Shown here in pieces: positions 1 to 9,703 of a stretch of 49,955 bases of DNA. Every line of letters begins with the position of its first letter. The first letter of the stretch is position 1. The stretch is from assembly GCA_048938005.1 (NCBI GenBank), contig JBHLMQ010000020.1, positions 1-49,955 on the forward strand, given 5' to 3'. Position numbers and translations under genes: made by a program. The notes below the pieces were generated by a model. The model did not search any database, had not been told where the DNA came from, and worked only from the letters and a program-made list of their open reading frames with translations. This DNA comes from Promethearchaeota archaeon. Lineage in GTDB: Archaea > Asgardarchaeota > Lokiarchaeia > Sigyniarchaeales > SOKP01.

Positions 1-1680
1 TATCCTGATTATATTGTTGCTCAATGTTATGATGATACTCATAGATTGAAGTTAAACGATAAAGTTATTAATCTTCAAAAGCCATTATCTATGGAATTAG
101 GCCCCGGATTATTAGCAAATGTTTTTGATGGGATCCAACGTCCCTTAGTAACAATTTTTCAACATTTCAAAGAGGGGCAATTAGAAAGAGGAATTGAATT
201 TTCACCACTATCAAGGACAAAAAAATGGCATTTTATTCCATTAAGAAAATCAGGGGAAGATATGATAAGTGGAGATATTATTGGAACTGTTCAAGAAACA
301 AAAATTATTAAACACAAGATAATGGTACCACCAGGGGATTCTGGAAGATTATCTTTTATCGTAGAAGAGGGAGATTACTCCATCACTGATGAAATTTATT
401 GTTTAAAAAGAAATGGTACAGAAAATTCTTTTACTTTGATGCAAAAATGGCCAATCAATAAAAGAAGGCCATTCTCAAAAAAAATTAAGCCTTATGAACC
501 TTTAATAACGGGAACGCGCATAATAGATTTGCTTTTCCCTATTGCAAAAGGAGGCACATTTGGAGTACCTGGAGGATTTGGAACCGGAAAAACAGTTATA
601 TTGCAAACCATAGCTAAATATTGTAATGCTGATGTAATTGTATTCATAGGTTGTGGTGAACCTGGGAATGAAATTGCTAATATTTTAAAGCAATTTGCAG
701 AAATTCATGACTTTAAAAGTGGAATTCCATTGAGCGAACACATAATTGTGATTGCAAATACATCAAATATGCCTGTTTCTGCTCGAGAGGCTAGTTTATT
801 TTCGGGAGTTACTATCGCTGAGTATTATCGAGATATGGGATATGATGTTGCTGTTATTGCTGATAGTATTTCAAGATGGGCAGAATCTCTTAGAGAAATA
901 TCGGGATTATTAGAAGAAATGCCTGCAGAAGAAGGATATCCAGCATATTTATCAACAAAACTCTCAAGTTTTTATGAACGAGCCGGTGTTTTTGAAACCT
1001 TGGGTCGGGATTATTTAGAGAGACCAACTAGGGGTTCTTTAACAATTATTGGATCAATCTCACCTCCAGCAGGAGATTTCAGTGAACCAGTTACAACAGC
1101 TACTAAACGTATAGTTCAAGGATTATTAGCATTAGATAGTAGTTTATCATATCTAAAGCATTATCCTGCAATTGATTGGTTAAAATCGTATTCTAATTAC
1201 CCTGATTATATCTCAGATTGGTGGATTAAAAATGATATTACTTGGGCAGAGATTGATTTTAATTGGTTAGAATGTCGAAGACAGGTAGATGAGATATTAT
1301 CTAACGAAAATAATTTAAAATTTATAATGCAATTAATTGGAAAGCAAAATTTAGCGGATGATCAAAAACTTGAACTTTTTATTGCGAAAATAATTCGGAA
1401 TAGCTTTTTAATCCAGAATGCTTTTGAAGAAATCGACAATTTTACTGATCATAAAAAGTTATTGGGATTAATTAAGATAATTCTTCTATTATACAATGAG
1501 GGAAAAGTTCGATTAAAACAGAATTTTAAGTATAACGAAAGTAAAGAAGATGAAGTCTTAAATAGTTTTATAGAAGTCACCCATACCATACCAAATGAAG
1601 ATTTTAACCAGATTAATAATTTTAAAGACACAATACTTCGTGAAACTCTAAATAAAATCTTTTTTGATCAAACCAAATAG
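1..1680 (+). CDS. atpA: A/V-type ATP synthase subunit A, divergent (5'-truncated by window edge)
   Basis: Frame is open from base 1 (YPDYIVAQCYDDT...). Motifs PLSMELGPGLL, Walker A GGFGTGKT, NTSNMPVSAREAS, EMPAEEGYPAYL, FYERAG, SPPAGDFSEPVT. Canonical GCGERGNE is GCGEPGNE here. Confidence 0.92.
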   Translation, partial: YPDYIVAQCYDDTHRLKLNDKVINLQKPLSMELGPGLLANVFDGIQRPLVTIFQHFKEGQLERGIEFSPLSRTKKWHFIPLRKSGEDMISGDIIGTVQETKIIKHKIMVPPGDSGRLSFIVEEGDYSITDEIYCLKRNGTENSFTLMQKWPINKRRPFSKKIKPYEPLITGTRIIDLLFPIAKGGTFGVPGGFGTGKTVILQTIAKYCNADVIVFIGCGEPGNEIANILKQFAEIHDFKSGIPLSEHIIVIANTSNMPVSAREASLFSGVTIAEYYRDMGYDVAVIADSISRWAESLREISGLLEEMPAEEGYPAYLSTKLSSFYERAGVFETLGRDYLERPTRGSLTIIGSISPPAGDFSEPVTTATKRIVQGLLALDSSLSYLKHYPAIDWLKSYSNYPDYISDWWIKNDITWAEIDFNWLECRRQVDEILSNENNLKFIMQLIGKQNLADDQKLELFIAKIIRNSFLIQNAFEEIDNFTDHKKLLGLIKIILLLYNEGKVRLKQNFKYNESKEDEVLNSFIEVTHTIPNEDFNQINNFKDTILRETLNKIFFDQTK

Positions 1681-1844
1681 TGAATAAAATAACAAGTTAC
1701 TTTGGCTTAGGATCCTAAGTTAGCATATTTAAAACATCACTCTGCCATTAATTGACCAACCCAACAAGACTTTCCAACAAATTGAAGAAATAAAAAAAAG
1801 ATTACGAATACTAGCTTTATAATTCATTAAGTAATATTATATTC

Positions 1845-2441
1845 TTATGGCTTAAACCATTCAAAAAAATAATAGCTGCATGTAAGGGGATTTGCAATAA
1901 CGAACTTTTTTCTCACAGATGTCGCTAATCTCCCCGCGCGAACCATATCAATAGCAGTAATTTCAGAATCATGTGGTAAAACATGAACCATAAAAAGTGA
2001 ATGCTCTAGTCCTGGTCCTTTTTTGTAAACTACGAAATCTGCCCCAAATTTAAGGCCTGGTCTCGGAATATATCCTCTTTCTCTTAAATCTTTATATATT
2101 ATATATTTTTCTTCAAACTTATGATGAATTTTCTTTGCAATCTCATGAAATTTCTTAGGATTTATGTTCTTGTTCTCTTTGACATCAAAAATAGTAATTT
2201 CATCCCTCTCCAATAAGTAATAAGCTTCTATTAAAGATAATTCGCTTGGTTTGGAAAAATACTCTAATCTCGGCTTATTAATTCCAAGGGGGGAACCAAA
2301 AAATCCTTTCTTCACATATAAATATGAGGCATACAACGGATTAAAAACTATAACTCTTGAATTGATAAATTTCGTTGGAATTTTATCCGGTACTTCGATA
2401 TCGTCAAGAGAGATTTGCTTGTCATTCACTTGATTCATCAT
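1845..2441 (-). CDS. endA: tRNA-intron endonuclease, catalytic subunit
   Basis: LSLIEAYYL, YKDLRERGY, GLKFGADFVVY..GP..EHS and RLATSVRKK; catalytic Tyr/His/Lys triad present. Confidence 0.93.
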   Translation of the reverse strand: MMNQVNDKQISLDDIEVPDKIPTKFINSRVIVFNPLYASYLYVKKGFFGSPLGINKPRLEYFSKPSELSLIEAYYLLERDEITIFDVKENKNINPKKFHEIAKKIHHKFEEKYIIYKDLRERGYIPRPGLKFGADFVVYKKGPGLEHSLFMVHVLPHDSEITAIDMVRAGRLATSVRKKFVIANPLTCSYYFFEWFKP

Positions 2442-2548
2442 TAAACACTTATTAAAAATAACTTAATAAATCTTTCAATTTTACAGTGATTAGATGAAAT
2501 TATATAATTTTCAATATTAATAATTTTAATCATATAACTAAAAAATAC

Positions 2549-3445
2549 TTGTGTAAAAAAATGGTCATTAGAAGAGCTGCTGTGGCTGGTAGCTTTTATC
2601 CACGCTATAAACCAGATTTACTCAAGATATTAAAAGAATCTTTTACTAATAATGAGTTCGGTCCTGGCGAAGAACCAAAAACATTAAACCAAGAACAAAG
2701 ATCAATAATTGGAGGTGTGTCTCCTCACGCAGGATATGTTTATTCTGGTTGCGCCGCAGCATTTACATTTTTGAATTTATTTAAAGAAAAAATACCCGAT
2801 ACTGTTATAGTGTTAGGTACCGATCACATTGGTTATGGAAAAGTAGCCTTAATGAATGAGGGAGAATGGGAAACTCCTCTTGGAAATATAAGTATTGACG
2901 AGGAATTATCTAAAAAAATATTAGATAACAGCGATACAATTGTAAATGATGAATCTGCATTTATGGGTTTTCCTTTTGGTAGAGAACATAATATCGAAGT
3001 CCAATTACCATTTATTAAATACTGCGCCCAAGAAAAAGATGTTAAATTTATACCAATAAAAATCTCTAATAAAGATTTTAATATAATGAGTAAATTATCA
3101 AGCGATATTGCAAAATCTATTGAATCATATGATAAAGATGTGGTTATAGTTGCCTCTTCCGATATGACACATAAAGAGGTGTATGATTCCAAACAATTAG
3201 AAAAGTTTAAAGAAAGAGATCGACAAGTAATTGATGCTTTTGTTGCGTTGAATCCTGAAAAAACACTTGAAGCCGCTTCAAAAACAACTGTATGTGGCCC
3301 TCAAACTATAACTTCTTTAATCATGATATCTAATAATTTAAATGCGAATAAAGGGAAATTATTAAAATATTATACAAGTTCTGAAAAAACTGGAAGTATT
3401 AGTGGATATTGTGTAGGATATTTTTCAGGAGTATTAATGATATAA
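2549..3445 (+). CDS. MEMO1 family protein (AmmeMemoRadiSam protein B-like); likely start at ATG 2561
   Basis: RRAAVAGSFYP, PHAGYVYSG, WETPLG, EHNIEVQLPF, ASSDMTH, CGP, VGY. Confidence 0.92.
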   Translation: MCKKMVIRRAAVAGSFYPRYKPDLLKILKESFTNNEFGPGEEPKTLNQEQRSIIGGVSPHAGYVYSGCAAAFTFLNLFKEKIPDTVIVLGTDHIGYGKVALMNEGEWETPLGNISIDEELSKKILDNSDTIVNDESAFMGFPFGREHNIEVQLPFIKYCAQEKDVKFIPIKISNKDFNIMSKLSSDIAKSIESYDKDVVIVASSDMTHKEVYDSKQLEKFKERDRQVIDAFVALNPEKTLEAASKTTVCGPQTITSLIMISNNLNANKGKLLKYYTSSEKTGSISGYCVGYFSGVLMI

Positions 3446-3494
3446 ATCAAGTTAAATATACAAAATTAGGATAGAAAAAAAGTTTTGAAGTAAA

Positions 3495-4619
3495 ATGCCT
3501 GAAGATAATGAAAAAGTTGAGGATTTCATTAGTTTATGGAGAAAAAAGATGGAATCTGATCTTACAAGACCAAGTGCCATTGGAGATACTTTAAAAAGAA
3601 TTCAAGAGGTAGAAAAAGAGAACGAAGAATTGAGAAATAAAATTAAAGAGAATATAGAATTGTTTAGTAAAACAGAAGAAATCGTCAAGAAAACTATTGA
3701 AGAAAATGAGAGATTAAAAGAACAATTAGAACAAGCTGGAATGGCTAGTGGGGTTGTCAGAGATGTTCAACAAGAAAATATGGAGCTTAATAGTAAGATC
3801 TTAAGTTTAGAAAAAAGTTTAACTGAGAAAGAATTAGAAATAAGAGCAAGAGATAATGAAATAACTGATTTGAAAACAAAATTAGATATCGCTTCAAGAA
3901 ATCAACAATCATTAGAAAAAACTGTATCCGAAACAGATATTACTGTTACAACAGCATTGATAGATAATTTAAAATCTGAATTATCTAAAAAAAAGACTCA
4001 AATAGATGAATTAGAAAATAGGATTAATACTTTAATTGAGGAAAATGAAGCTTTAAATCAACAATTAGTAGAAAAGATGAAAAAACTACCAATAGATTAT
4101 GTTGTACCTGTGGAACAACCAAAATCATCAGTGATAAGACCTCAGCCAATAAAAACCTCGTCAGAAACACTGGAAATATTATGTCAAGATCTTCAATCTG
4201 ATTTAAACAAGTATAAACGAATCGTGGAAAAGTTGAATAAAGAAAAATCTGAACTCCAGCAAGCTGTTGAAAAGGGTGGTTTCAAATTAGAACCAGAGGA
4301 GATAAAAGAGCTTAGAAGAGAAAATGAAGAACTTAAAATTGAATTATCAAAAATACAAGAATCTCTCAAAGTGAAAACAGAGGAAGCTATACCTACTACT
4401 AAAGTTAACGATTCAGAAAAAAAAATAATTGATCTTCAGGAACAATTAAAAGAAAAAGACCGTTTGATAATAGAATTAGAAGCTTTACAAGAAACTCAAC
4501 CTATAGTTCATGAAGGTCCAATGTCAGGTTTAATAGAAGATTTGCAGAATAGGATAAATAAGTTAAAAATAACAATTGAGGAAAAGAATAAAATTATTGA
4601 AAAACTTAAATCATCCTAA
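3495..4619 (+). CDS. Long coiled-coil protein of unknown function
   Basis: 374 aa, E/K/L-rich heptad pattern interrupted by Pro-containing linkers; its stop codon abuts the next start. Confidence 0.75.
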   Translation: MPEDNEKVEDFISLWRKKMESDLTRPSAIGDTLKRIQEVEKENEELRNKIKENIELFSKTEEIVKKTIEENERLKEQLEQAGMASGVVRDVQQENMELNSKILSLEKSLTEKELEIRARDNEITDLKTKLDIASRNQQSLEKTVSETDITVTTALIDNLKSELSKKKTQIDELENRINTLIEENEALNQQLVEKMKKLPIDYVVPVEQPKSSVIRPQPIKTSSETLEILCQDLQSDLNKYKRIVEKLNKEKSELQQAVEKGGFKLEPEEIKELRRENEELKIELSKIQESLKVKTEEAIPTTKVNDSEKKIIDLQEQLKEKDRLIIELEALQETQPIVHEGPMSGLIEDLQNRINKLKITIEEKNKIIEKLKSS

Positions 4620-5603
4620 ATGATTAATCAAAATAAAAATCACACCTCCATAATTTTTGCAGGTCACTTTGCCGTTGATCATATAATACGGTTTAAGCGT
4701 ATAAACAAGCCCAGTTTAGGAGGAAGTGTATCATTCTGCTCATTAGCCTTGAGAAAATATACTAGAAATGCTAAAATAAGCATAATTTCTCATATAGGTA
4801 CGATAAATTTCAATAACTCTTTATTAAATAAAATTAGGAATAAAAATATTAATTTAAGCGGAATCAAATACTCTCAAATAAAAAATACTAATTTTGTTTT
4901 GGATTACTTTGATCATGCAAGGATTTTAACTTTAAAATCAAGAAGTCCCAATCTTAATTCTAATGATATTCCATCAGAATATCTTAAGGATCCTCCAGAT
5001 ATTTTTGTGTTTGTACCATTATGTAATGAAATTTCACTTGATTATGTATCTCAAATTTTAAAAAAATTCCCTGATGCTTATATTGGAGTAGATTTACAGG
5101 GTTTTATTAGAAAAATTGATGATAAAGGCAATGTCGTATATGTTTATGATAACGAAATAATCGCTAATATGAAAAGAATTATTGAATTAATTGGAGATAG
5201 GTTGATATTGAAAGGATCAGAGGAAGAAATGAAACTACTTGCCGGCGAATGTAATGAGTTTGAAGAAGTCATGATTCACTGTGGTAAATATGATAATAAC
5301 GGAATTTTCATTATGACTTTAGGAGAAAAAGGCTCCATGCTCACTAAAAAAGGAAAAAAAATCTTAAAGATCCCAGCATTTAAAGCTAAAAAGGTTATTG
5401 ATGAAACTGGTGCAGGCGACGTATATTTTTCGATATTTCTTTATGAATTTATTCGTTCTGATAAATCATGGAAAGCAATTGAAAATGCTGCTTATTTGGC
5501 ATCTGCTGCAGCTTCTTTTTTAGTTGAAAAAAAAGGTTCAGCTGGTTTTAAAACAAAAAAACGAGTGTTAAAAAGAGTAATAAGCGCTAAATACATAAAT
5601 TAA
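4620..5603 (+). CDS. PfkB/ribokinase family carbohydrate kinase
   Basis: N-terminal GHFAVD..GGS, VDLQG, TLGEKGS and the C-terminal signature DETGAGD. Confidence 0.88.
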   Translation: MINQNKNHTSIIFAGHFAVDHIIRFKRINKPSLGGSVSFCSLALRKYTRNAKISIISHIGTINFNNSLLNKIRNKNINLSGIKYSQIKNTNFVLDYFDHARILTLKSRSPNLNSNDIPSEYLKDPPDIFVFVPLCNEISLDYVSQILKKFPDAYIGVDLQGFIRKIDDKGNVVYVYDNEIIANMKRIIELIGDRLILKGSEEEMKLLAGECNEFEEVMIHCGKYDNNGIFIMTLGEKGSMLTKKGKKILKIPAFKAKKVIDETGAGDVYFSIFLYEFIRSDKSWKAIENAAYLASAAASFLVEKKGSAGFKTKKRVLKRVISAKYIN

Positions 5604-5622
5604 TCAGAATTGACTTAATACT

Positions 5623-6231
5623 ATGCATATTAATAGTCATTTAGCAGTTGGAGTAATTTTTACATCATTATTACATCATTTTCTTAACTTCACATTGTTA
5701 GAATTTATACTTATTGTTTGTTTTTCATTTATTTGTGATTTCGATGTATTTTTTTCAAAATATGCTAAAGATAACAATCATAGACTATTAATTAGCCACT
5801 CAATAATTCCAAGTATAATAATTATTATCATTGGATATATTTTAAATTGGCCAGCATTAGTTATAGGTGGTTTTAGTTATGCTATTCATATAATTATTGA
5901 CACAATTGATTGGGGTACAAATTTCTTTTATTTTCAAAAGAAACAAATCGGTTTTAAATTATTAATTTCAAAAGAGGAGATTGAAAATTTGCCTAAATAT
6001 CTGGCTAAATACAAAAATCCTGCTGCATTTTTTGACGAAAAATATTATAATAATAAGATATGCTTGGCGATAGAAATAATTCTATTTATATTAATGGTTT
6101 TGTTTATTACAATATACGCCTTACAATTTACATTTTTAATTCTACTATATTTTCTTGGCTTGTACTTTCATTTACATCGTCATTTTTCTCTAAAAAAAAT
6201 TGAACAAAATAACATAAATTCTAACTTTTAA
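5623..6231 (+). CDS. Membrane-bound metal-dependent hydrolase (YdjM-like)
   Basis: H..SH, DFD, HR..SHS and H...D motifs within hydrophobic helices. Confidence 0.72.
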   Translation: MHINSHLAVGVIFTSLLHHFLNFTLLEFILIVCFSFICDFDVFFSKYAKDNNHRLLISHSIIPSIIIIIIGYILNWPALVIGGFSYAIHIIIDTIDWGTNFFYFQKKQIGFKLLISKEEIENLPKYLAKYKNPAAFFDEKYYNNKICLAIEIILFILMVLFITIYALQFTFLILLYFLGLYFHLHRHFSLKKIEQNNINSNF

Positions 6232-6312
6232 TTAATAGGTAAAATATTTTTGTAAAACACTAAATTAGTTAATTTAAAATAAATGTAAATTATAATTTTA
6301 AATTTGATTTGA

Positions 6313-6831
6313 ATGGATGAAAGTGAAATAAGGGTTTTCGAATGTGATTTAAATGAAAGTAATTTATTCAGTTGTATTCTCAATGAATTAGATGAAAAAG
6401 ATCTTAACACATTATCCACTGATGTTTCAATAATACACGATAAATCATATATCAATTGTATAAACGCTAGTTTAGTAACTTGCTTGAGAAATAATAGAGA
6501 GGAATTAGATTTTCCTCGAGTAGAATTACAAATTACAAGAAATGAAAGTGGAGATTGGATAATTAAACAAATTAATATTGTTGTTGAGAAACAATTTGAT
6601 GATGACCTAATATTCGAGAGAATAAATCAATGTCTGAAATTCCTTAAGAAAGGGTGTAATATCGATGATTCTATCCAATTATCAGTGATTCATTCAGAAA
6701 TTAAGGAAGATCTAAAATATTATAAAATTAAGCTACTTGAAACAAATCGATTACTTCAAGAAATTAGAGATGACAAATCAAAAAAAGAAAATTTATTCTC
6801 AATTTTTAGAAAAATAGCTTCTAAAAAATAA
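6313..6831 (+). CDS. Divergent OsmC-like protein with C-terminal extension
   Basis: Aligns by eye to the two downstream OsmC paralogs (CINASLVTCL~CLSASFIFCL, TRNESG~ARNEKG, RINQCLK~RAKQCLK); lacks GPNP. Confidence 0.6.
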   Translation: MDESEIRVFECDLNESNLFSCILNELDEKDLNTLSTDVSIIHDKSYINCINASLVTCLRNNREELDFPRVELQITRNESGDWIIKQINIVVEKQFDDDLIFERINQCLKFLKKGCNIDDSIQLSVIHSEIKEDLKYYKIKLLETNRLLQEIRDDKSKKENLFSIFRKIASKK

Positions 6832-6855
6832 TTATCAATAATCATATTTAATAGG

Positions 6856-7332
6856 GTGATTATAATTTCAGATGAAATAAAAACTAAAGTTGGTTTAAAA
6901 TTAGATGACACCGAATCTCAAATGATCTTTAAATGCGATTTAGGTAATATGAAGGTTAAAGATTGTTATATTGATGAGGAACATCCCGAAGAAGTTGATA
7001 TGTTAGGACCAAATCCCTCAAGGTTACTTGCTTTGGGTGTTTTAGGGTGTTTAAGTGCAAGTTTTATTTTCTGTTTAAAAAAAAGAAATTTTAATCTAGA
7101 TGATTTAAAAAGTGAAGCAGAAGTTACTATTGCTAGAAATGAAAAGGGATTTTTGAGAATTAAAAAAATTGATGTCAATATTAATCCAAAAATACAGAAT
7201 CCCGATACCCTTAAAAGAGCAAAACAGTGTTTAAAAACAGTGAAAGAGGGAGTAAGCTTTTTTGAACAATATTGTATAGTAACCCAATCTGTAAGATCCG
7301 GAATTGAAGTAAATGTTAATCTCAATATTTAA
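6856..7332 (+). CDS. OsmC/Ohr family protein (probable true start ATT 6865)
   Basis: GPNPSRLL...GC and C-terminal YCIVTQSV carry the two OsmC-family cysteines. Confidence 0.85.
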   Translation: MIIISDEIKTKVGLKLDDTESQMIFKCDLGNMKVKDCYIDEEHPEEVDMLGPNPSRLLALGVLGCLSASFIFCLKKRNFNLDDLKSEAEVTIARNEKGFLRIKKIDVNINPKIQNPDTLKRAKQCLKTVKEGVSFFEQYCIVTQSVRSGIEVNVNLNI

Positions 7333-7373
7333 TTCAATAATTTTATTTTTTTTTTAAATAATGGTGATTTTAC

Positions 7374-7811
7374 TTGTTAAATGAATCAAAATCTGAAGTT
7401 GGTATAAAATTAGAAGAAGAAATGATATTTAGATGTGATCTTGGACAAATAAAAATGAATGACTTATTTATTGATGAACAAAATAAAAGAACAATTGAAA
7501 AAGTTGGCCCAAATCCTTCAAAATTGTTAGCCTTGTCTGTTTTAGGTTGCTTAGCTGCAAGTTTTATATTTTGTTTGCAAAAGAAAGAGTTTTCATTATC
7601 CGATTTAGAAGGAAAAGCAGTTATTATTAGTAAGAGAAATGAGAAAGGATTTTGGAGGCTAAAAAAAATTAATATAAAATTAAATCCAAAGATTAATAAT
7701 CCCAAAATGCGTGAAAGAGCAGATCAATGTAAAAAATTCTTCGAACAGTTTTGTGTAATCTCAGAATCTCTAAGAAATGGGATTGAAATTAACGTTAATC
7801 TTGAATATTGA
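7374..7811 (+). CDS. OsmC/Ohr family protein
   Basis: GPNPSKLL...GC and FCVISESL; GGTGAT Shine-Dalgarno-like site upstream of the TTG start. Confidence 0.85.
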   Translation: MLNESKSEVGIKLEEEMIFRCDLGQIKMNDLFIDEQNKRTIEKVGPNPSKLLALSVLGCLAASFIFCLQKKEFSLSDLEGKAVIISKRNEKGFWRLKKINIKLNPKINNPKMRERADQCKKFFEQFCVISESLRNGIEINVNLEY

Positions 7812-7824
7812 TTCTTTCTCGAAA

Positions 7825-8823
7825 TTAGTCTTTTATACCATCTTCAGTAATAGAAAATATTGCATCACTCTCAGGAATATGTGGTGCATCTACAACTTTA
7901 GCAATTCTCTGCTCTCCTTTTCCTTTTCTCAAGAAAATTCTAATTGTGGCACCATGCGCAACAACATGTCCGCCTGTATGTATTAAAGGATTACCGTAAA
8001 ACACATCTGGTCTAGCAGAAACTTGATTTGTAAAAACAACTGCTAATTCATCATACGTTTCAGTTAATCTTAATAAGTCATGGATATGTGAATTAATAAT
8101 TTGTTGGCGCTCTGCTAAAGTCCCTCTTCCGATATATTCACTGCGAAAGTGCCCTATAAGGGAATCTACTATAATTAATTTAATGTTTTTTTCTCTTATT
8201 ATTTTTGGAGCTTCTTTTACTAATAAGATTTGATGATTACTGTTGTAAGCTCTGCCAACAGTTATATTTTTTAATACTAAATTCTGATCCAAATCTTTTG
8301 CAACAGCCATCTGTATTAATCTTTCAGGTCTAAAAGTTCCTTCAGCATCAATATATAAAGCTCTACCTTCAAGTCCCCCTGTTTCATAAGATAATTGTAC
8401 ATTAACACACAACTGATGAGCTAATTGTGTTTTTCCAGTTCGATATTCTCCAAAAATTTCTGTAACTGCACCTGGTTCAATTCCACCGATTAATAAATCA
8501 TCTAAATTGTTACTACCCGTAGTTAATTTGTTTAAAGTTTTTCTTTTTTCCCAAATTTTATCTGCAGACTTGAATCCCATCTTTTCGATATCCTGGGCAA
8601 CCTTAATTATTTTTTCAGCTGTTTTTTCACCTATACCCGCTTCATCCATTAATTTTTTTAATGGATACATAGCAAGTGTTCTAATAGATAAAATTCCTGC
8701 ATCTGTCAATTTTTTTATAGTTGCATCACCAACACCAGGCAAATCTTTCAAACTATACGAAGATTCTTCTTTAGTATCTTCTTTACCGTTTGTATCATCA
8801 GACTGATCTTTTTTTTTTGCCAT
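7825..8823 (-). CDS. radA: DNA repair and recombination protein RadA
   Basis: N-terminal HhH (DLPGVG), Walker A GEYRTGKTQ, LIIVDS, FRSEYIGRGTLAERQQ, TNQV, GGHVVAH. Confidence 0.96.
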   Translation of the reverse strand: MAKKKDQSDDTNGKEDTKEESSYSLKDLPGVGDATIKKLTDAGILSIRTLAMYPLKKLMDEAGIGEKTAEKIIKVAQDIEKMGFKSADKIWEKRKTLNKLTTGSNNLDDLLIGGIEPGAVTEIFGEYRTGKTQLAHQLCVNVQLSYETGGLEGRALYIDAEGTFRPERLIQMAVAKDLDQNLVLKNITVGRAYNSNHQILLVKEAPKIIREKNIKLIIVDSLIGHFRSEYIGRGTLAERQQIINSHIHDLLRLTETYDELAVVFTNQVSARPDVFYGNPLIHTGGHVVAHGATIRIFLRKGKGEQRIAKVVDAPHIPESDAIFSITEDGIKD

Positions 8824-8941
8824 CGTATTATATCAAATATAATTTTACTATGAATTCCTTCTAAATTTAATACTTTATCATGAAATAAATATAAAAATAA
8901 TAATAAAAAGTTAATAGAAGAATAAAAAAATTTAAATTATT

Positions 8942-9598
8942 TTATTGTGTCTCTTTTCCACTTCGAGTTATTAAAAGCAAAATTATAAATAAAATTACTG
9001 AAAACAGAAATGTTAACACAGCCATTGCTTCAGGAATCCATATATAACTTAAATACAGAAAGGGAATAATGAAAATAACGACAAATAGAATAACAATAGG
9101 CAATGGGATCTCCTCATCTTTAATATCTAGAATTAAGGGAACTACAACCAAAGATATTAAGATCGTAGCAAGAATTTTGAAGCCTAAAGCAATTGATGCT
9201 TCTGCTAAATGGATATCAGGCAACCAGAAAAACCAAAATTGTTTTACAGGGCTTACACGTAAAGCAGTAATAGTCTCTGGGAGAATTGCGCTAATAATCA
9301 ATTGTATTAAAACTCCCAGAGCCAGGTATAATAATATTTCATTTATTTCTTTTTCTTTTTTGCGATAAACACTAATCGTATCGCGCAAAATTGTAGCAAT
9401 CCATAATAAGAAAAGAATTATATACGTAAAAACCGGATCCCCTCCCATGCCCCAATAATAATTAACTGGTACCACTGCAACAATATAAGCTAAATAGCCG
9501 TACTTCTCATTCCGACCGAATAAATCAAACACTAAAAAAATCGCAAAAATAATGAATAAAGTTATCAAAATTATTATTGAAGTAATATCAAAAGCCAT
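8942..9598 (-). CDS. Polytopic membrane protein of unknown function
   Basis: 218 aa with about 7 hydrophobic segments; no recognised motif. Confidence 0.7.
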   Translation of the reverse strand: MAFDITSIIILITLFIIFAIFLVFDLFGRNEKYGYLAYIVAVVPVNYYWGMGGDPVFTYIILFLLWIATILRDTISVYRKKEKEINEILLYLALGVLIQLIISAILPETITALRVSPVKQFWFFWLPDIHLAEASIALGFKILATILISLVVVPLILDIKDEEIPLPIVILFVVIFIIPFLYLSYIWIPEAMAVLTFLFSVILFIILLLITRSGKETQ

Positions 9599-9703
9599 GA
9601 TTAAATCAACTTTTTTTATGGTGCTAAAGTTATTTTTATATTATTATATTATTAATTCTATTTATTTTAAACTTTAATTACATATTAGACAGAAAATATA
9701 TTA

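Noticed and set aside
1706-1719. Perfect 14-bp palindrome CTTAGGATCCTAAG between convergent atpA and endA
   Set aside because: Single occurrence, not upstream of any gene, and no associated repeat or element; could be chance.
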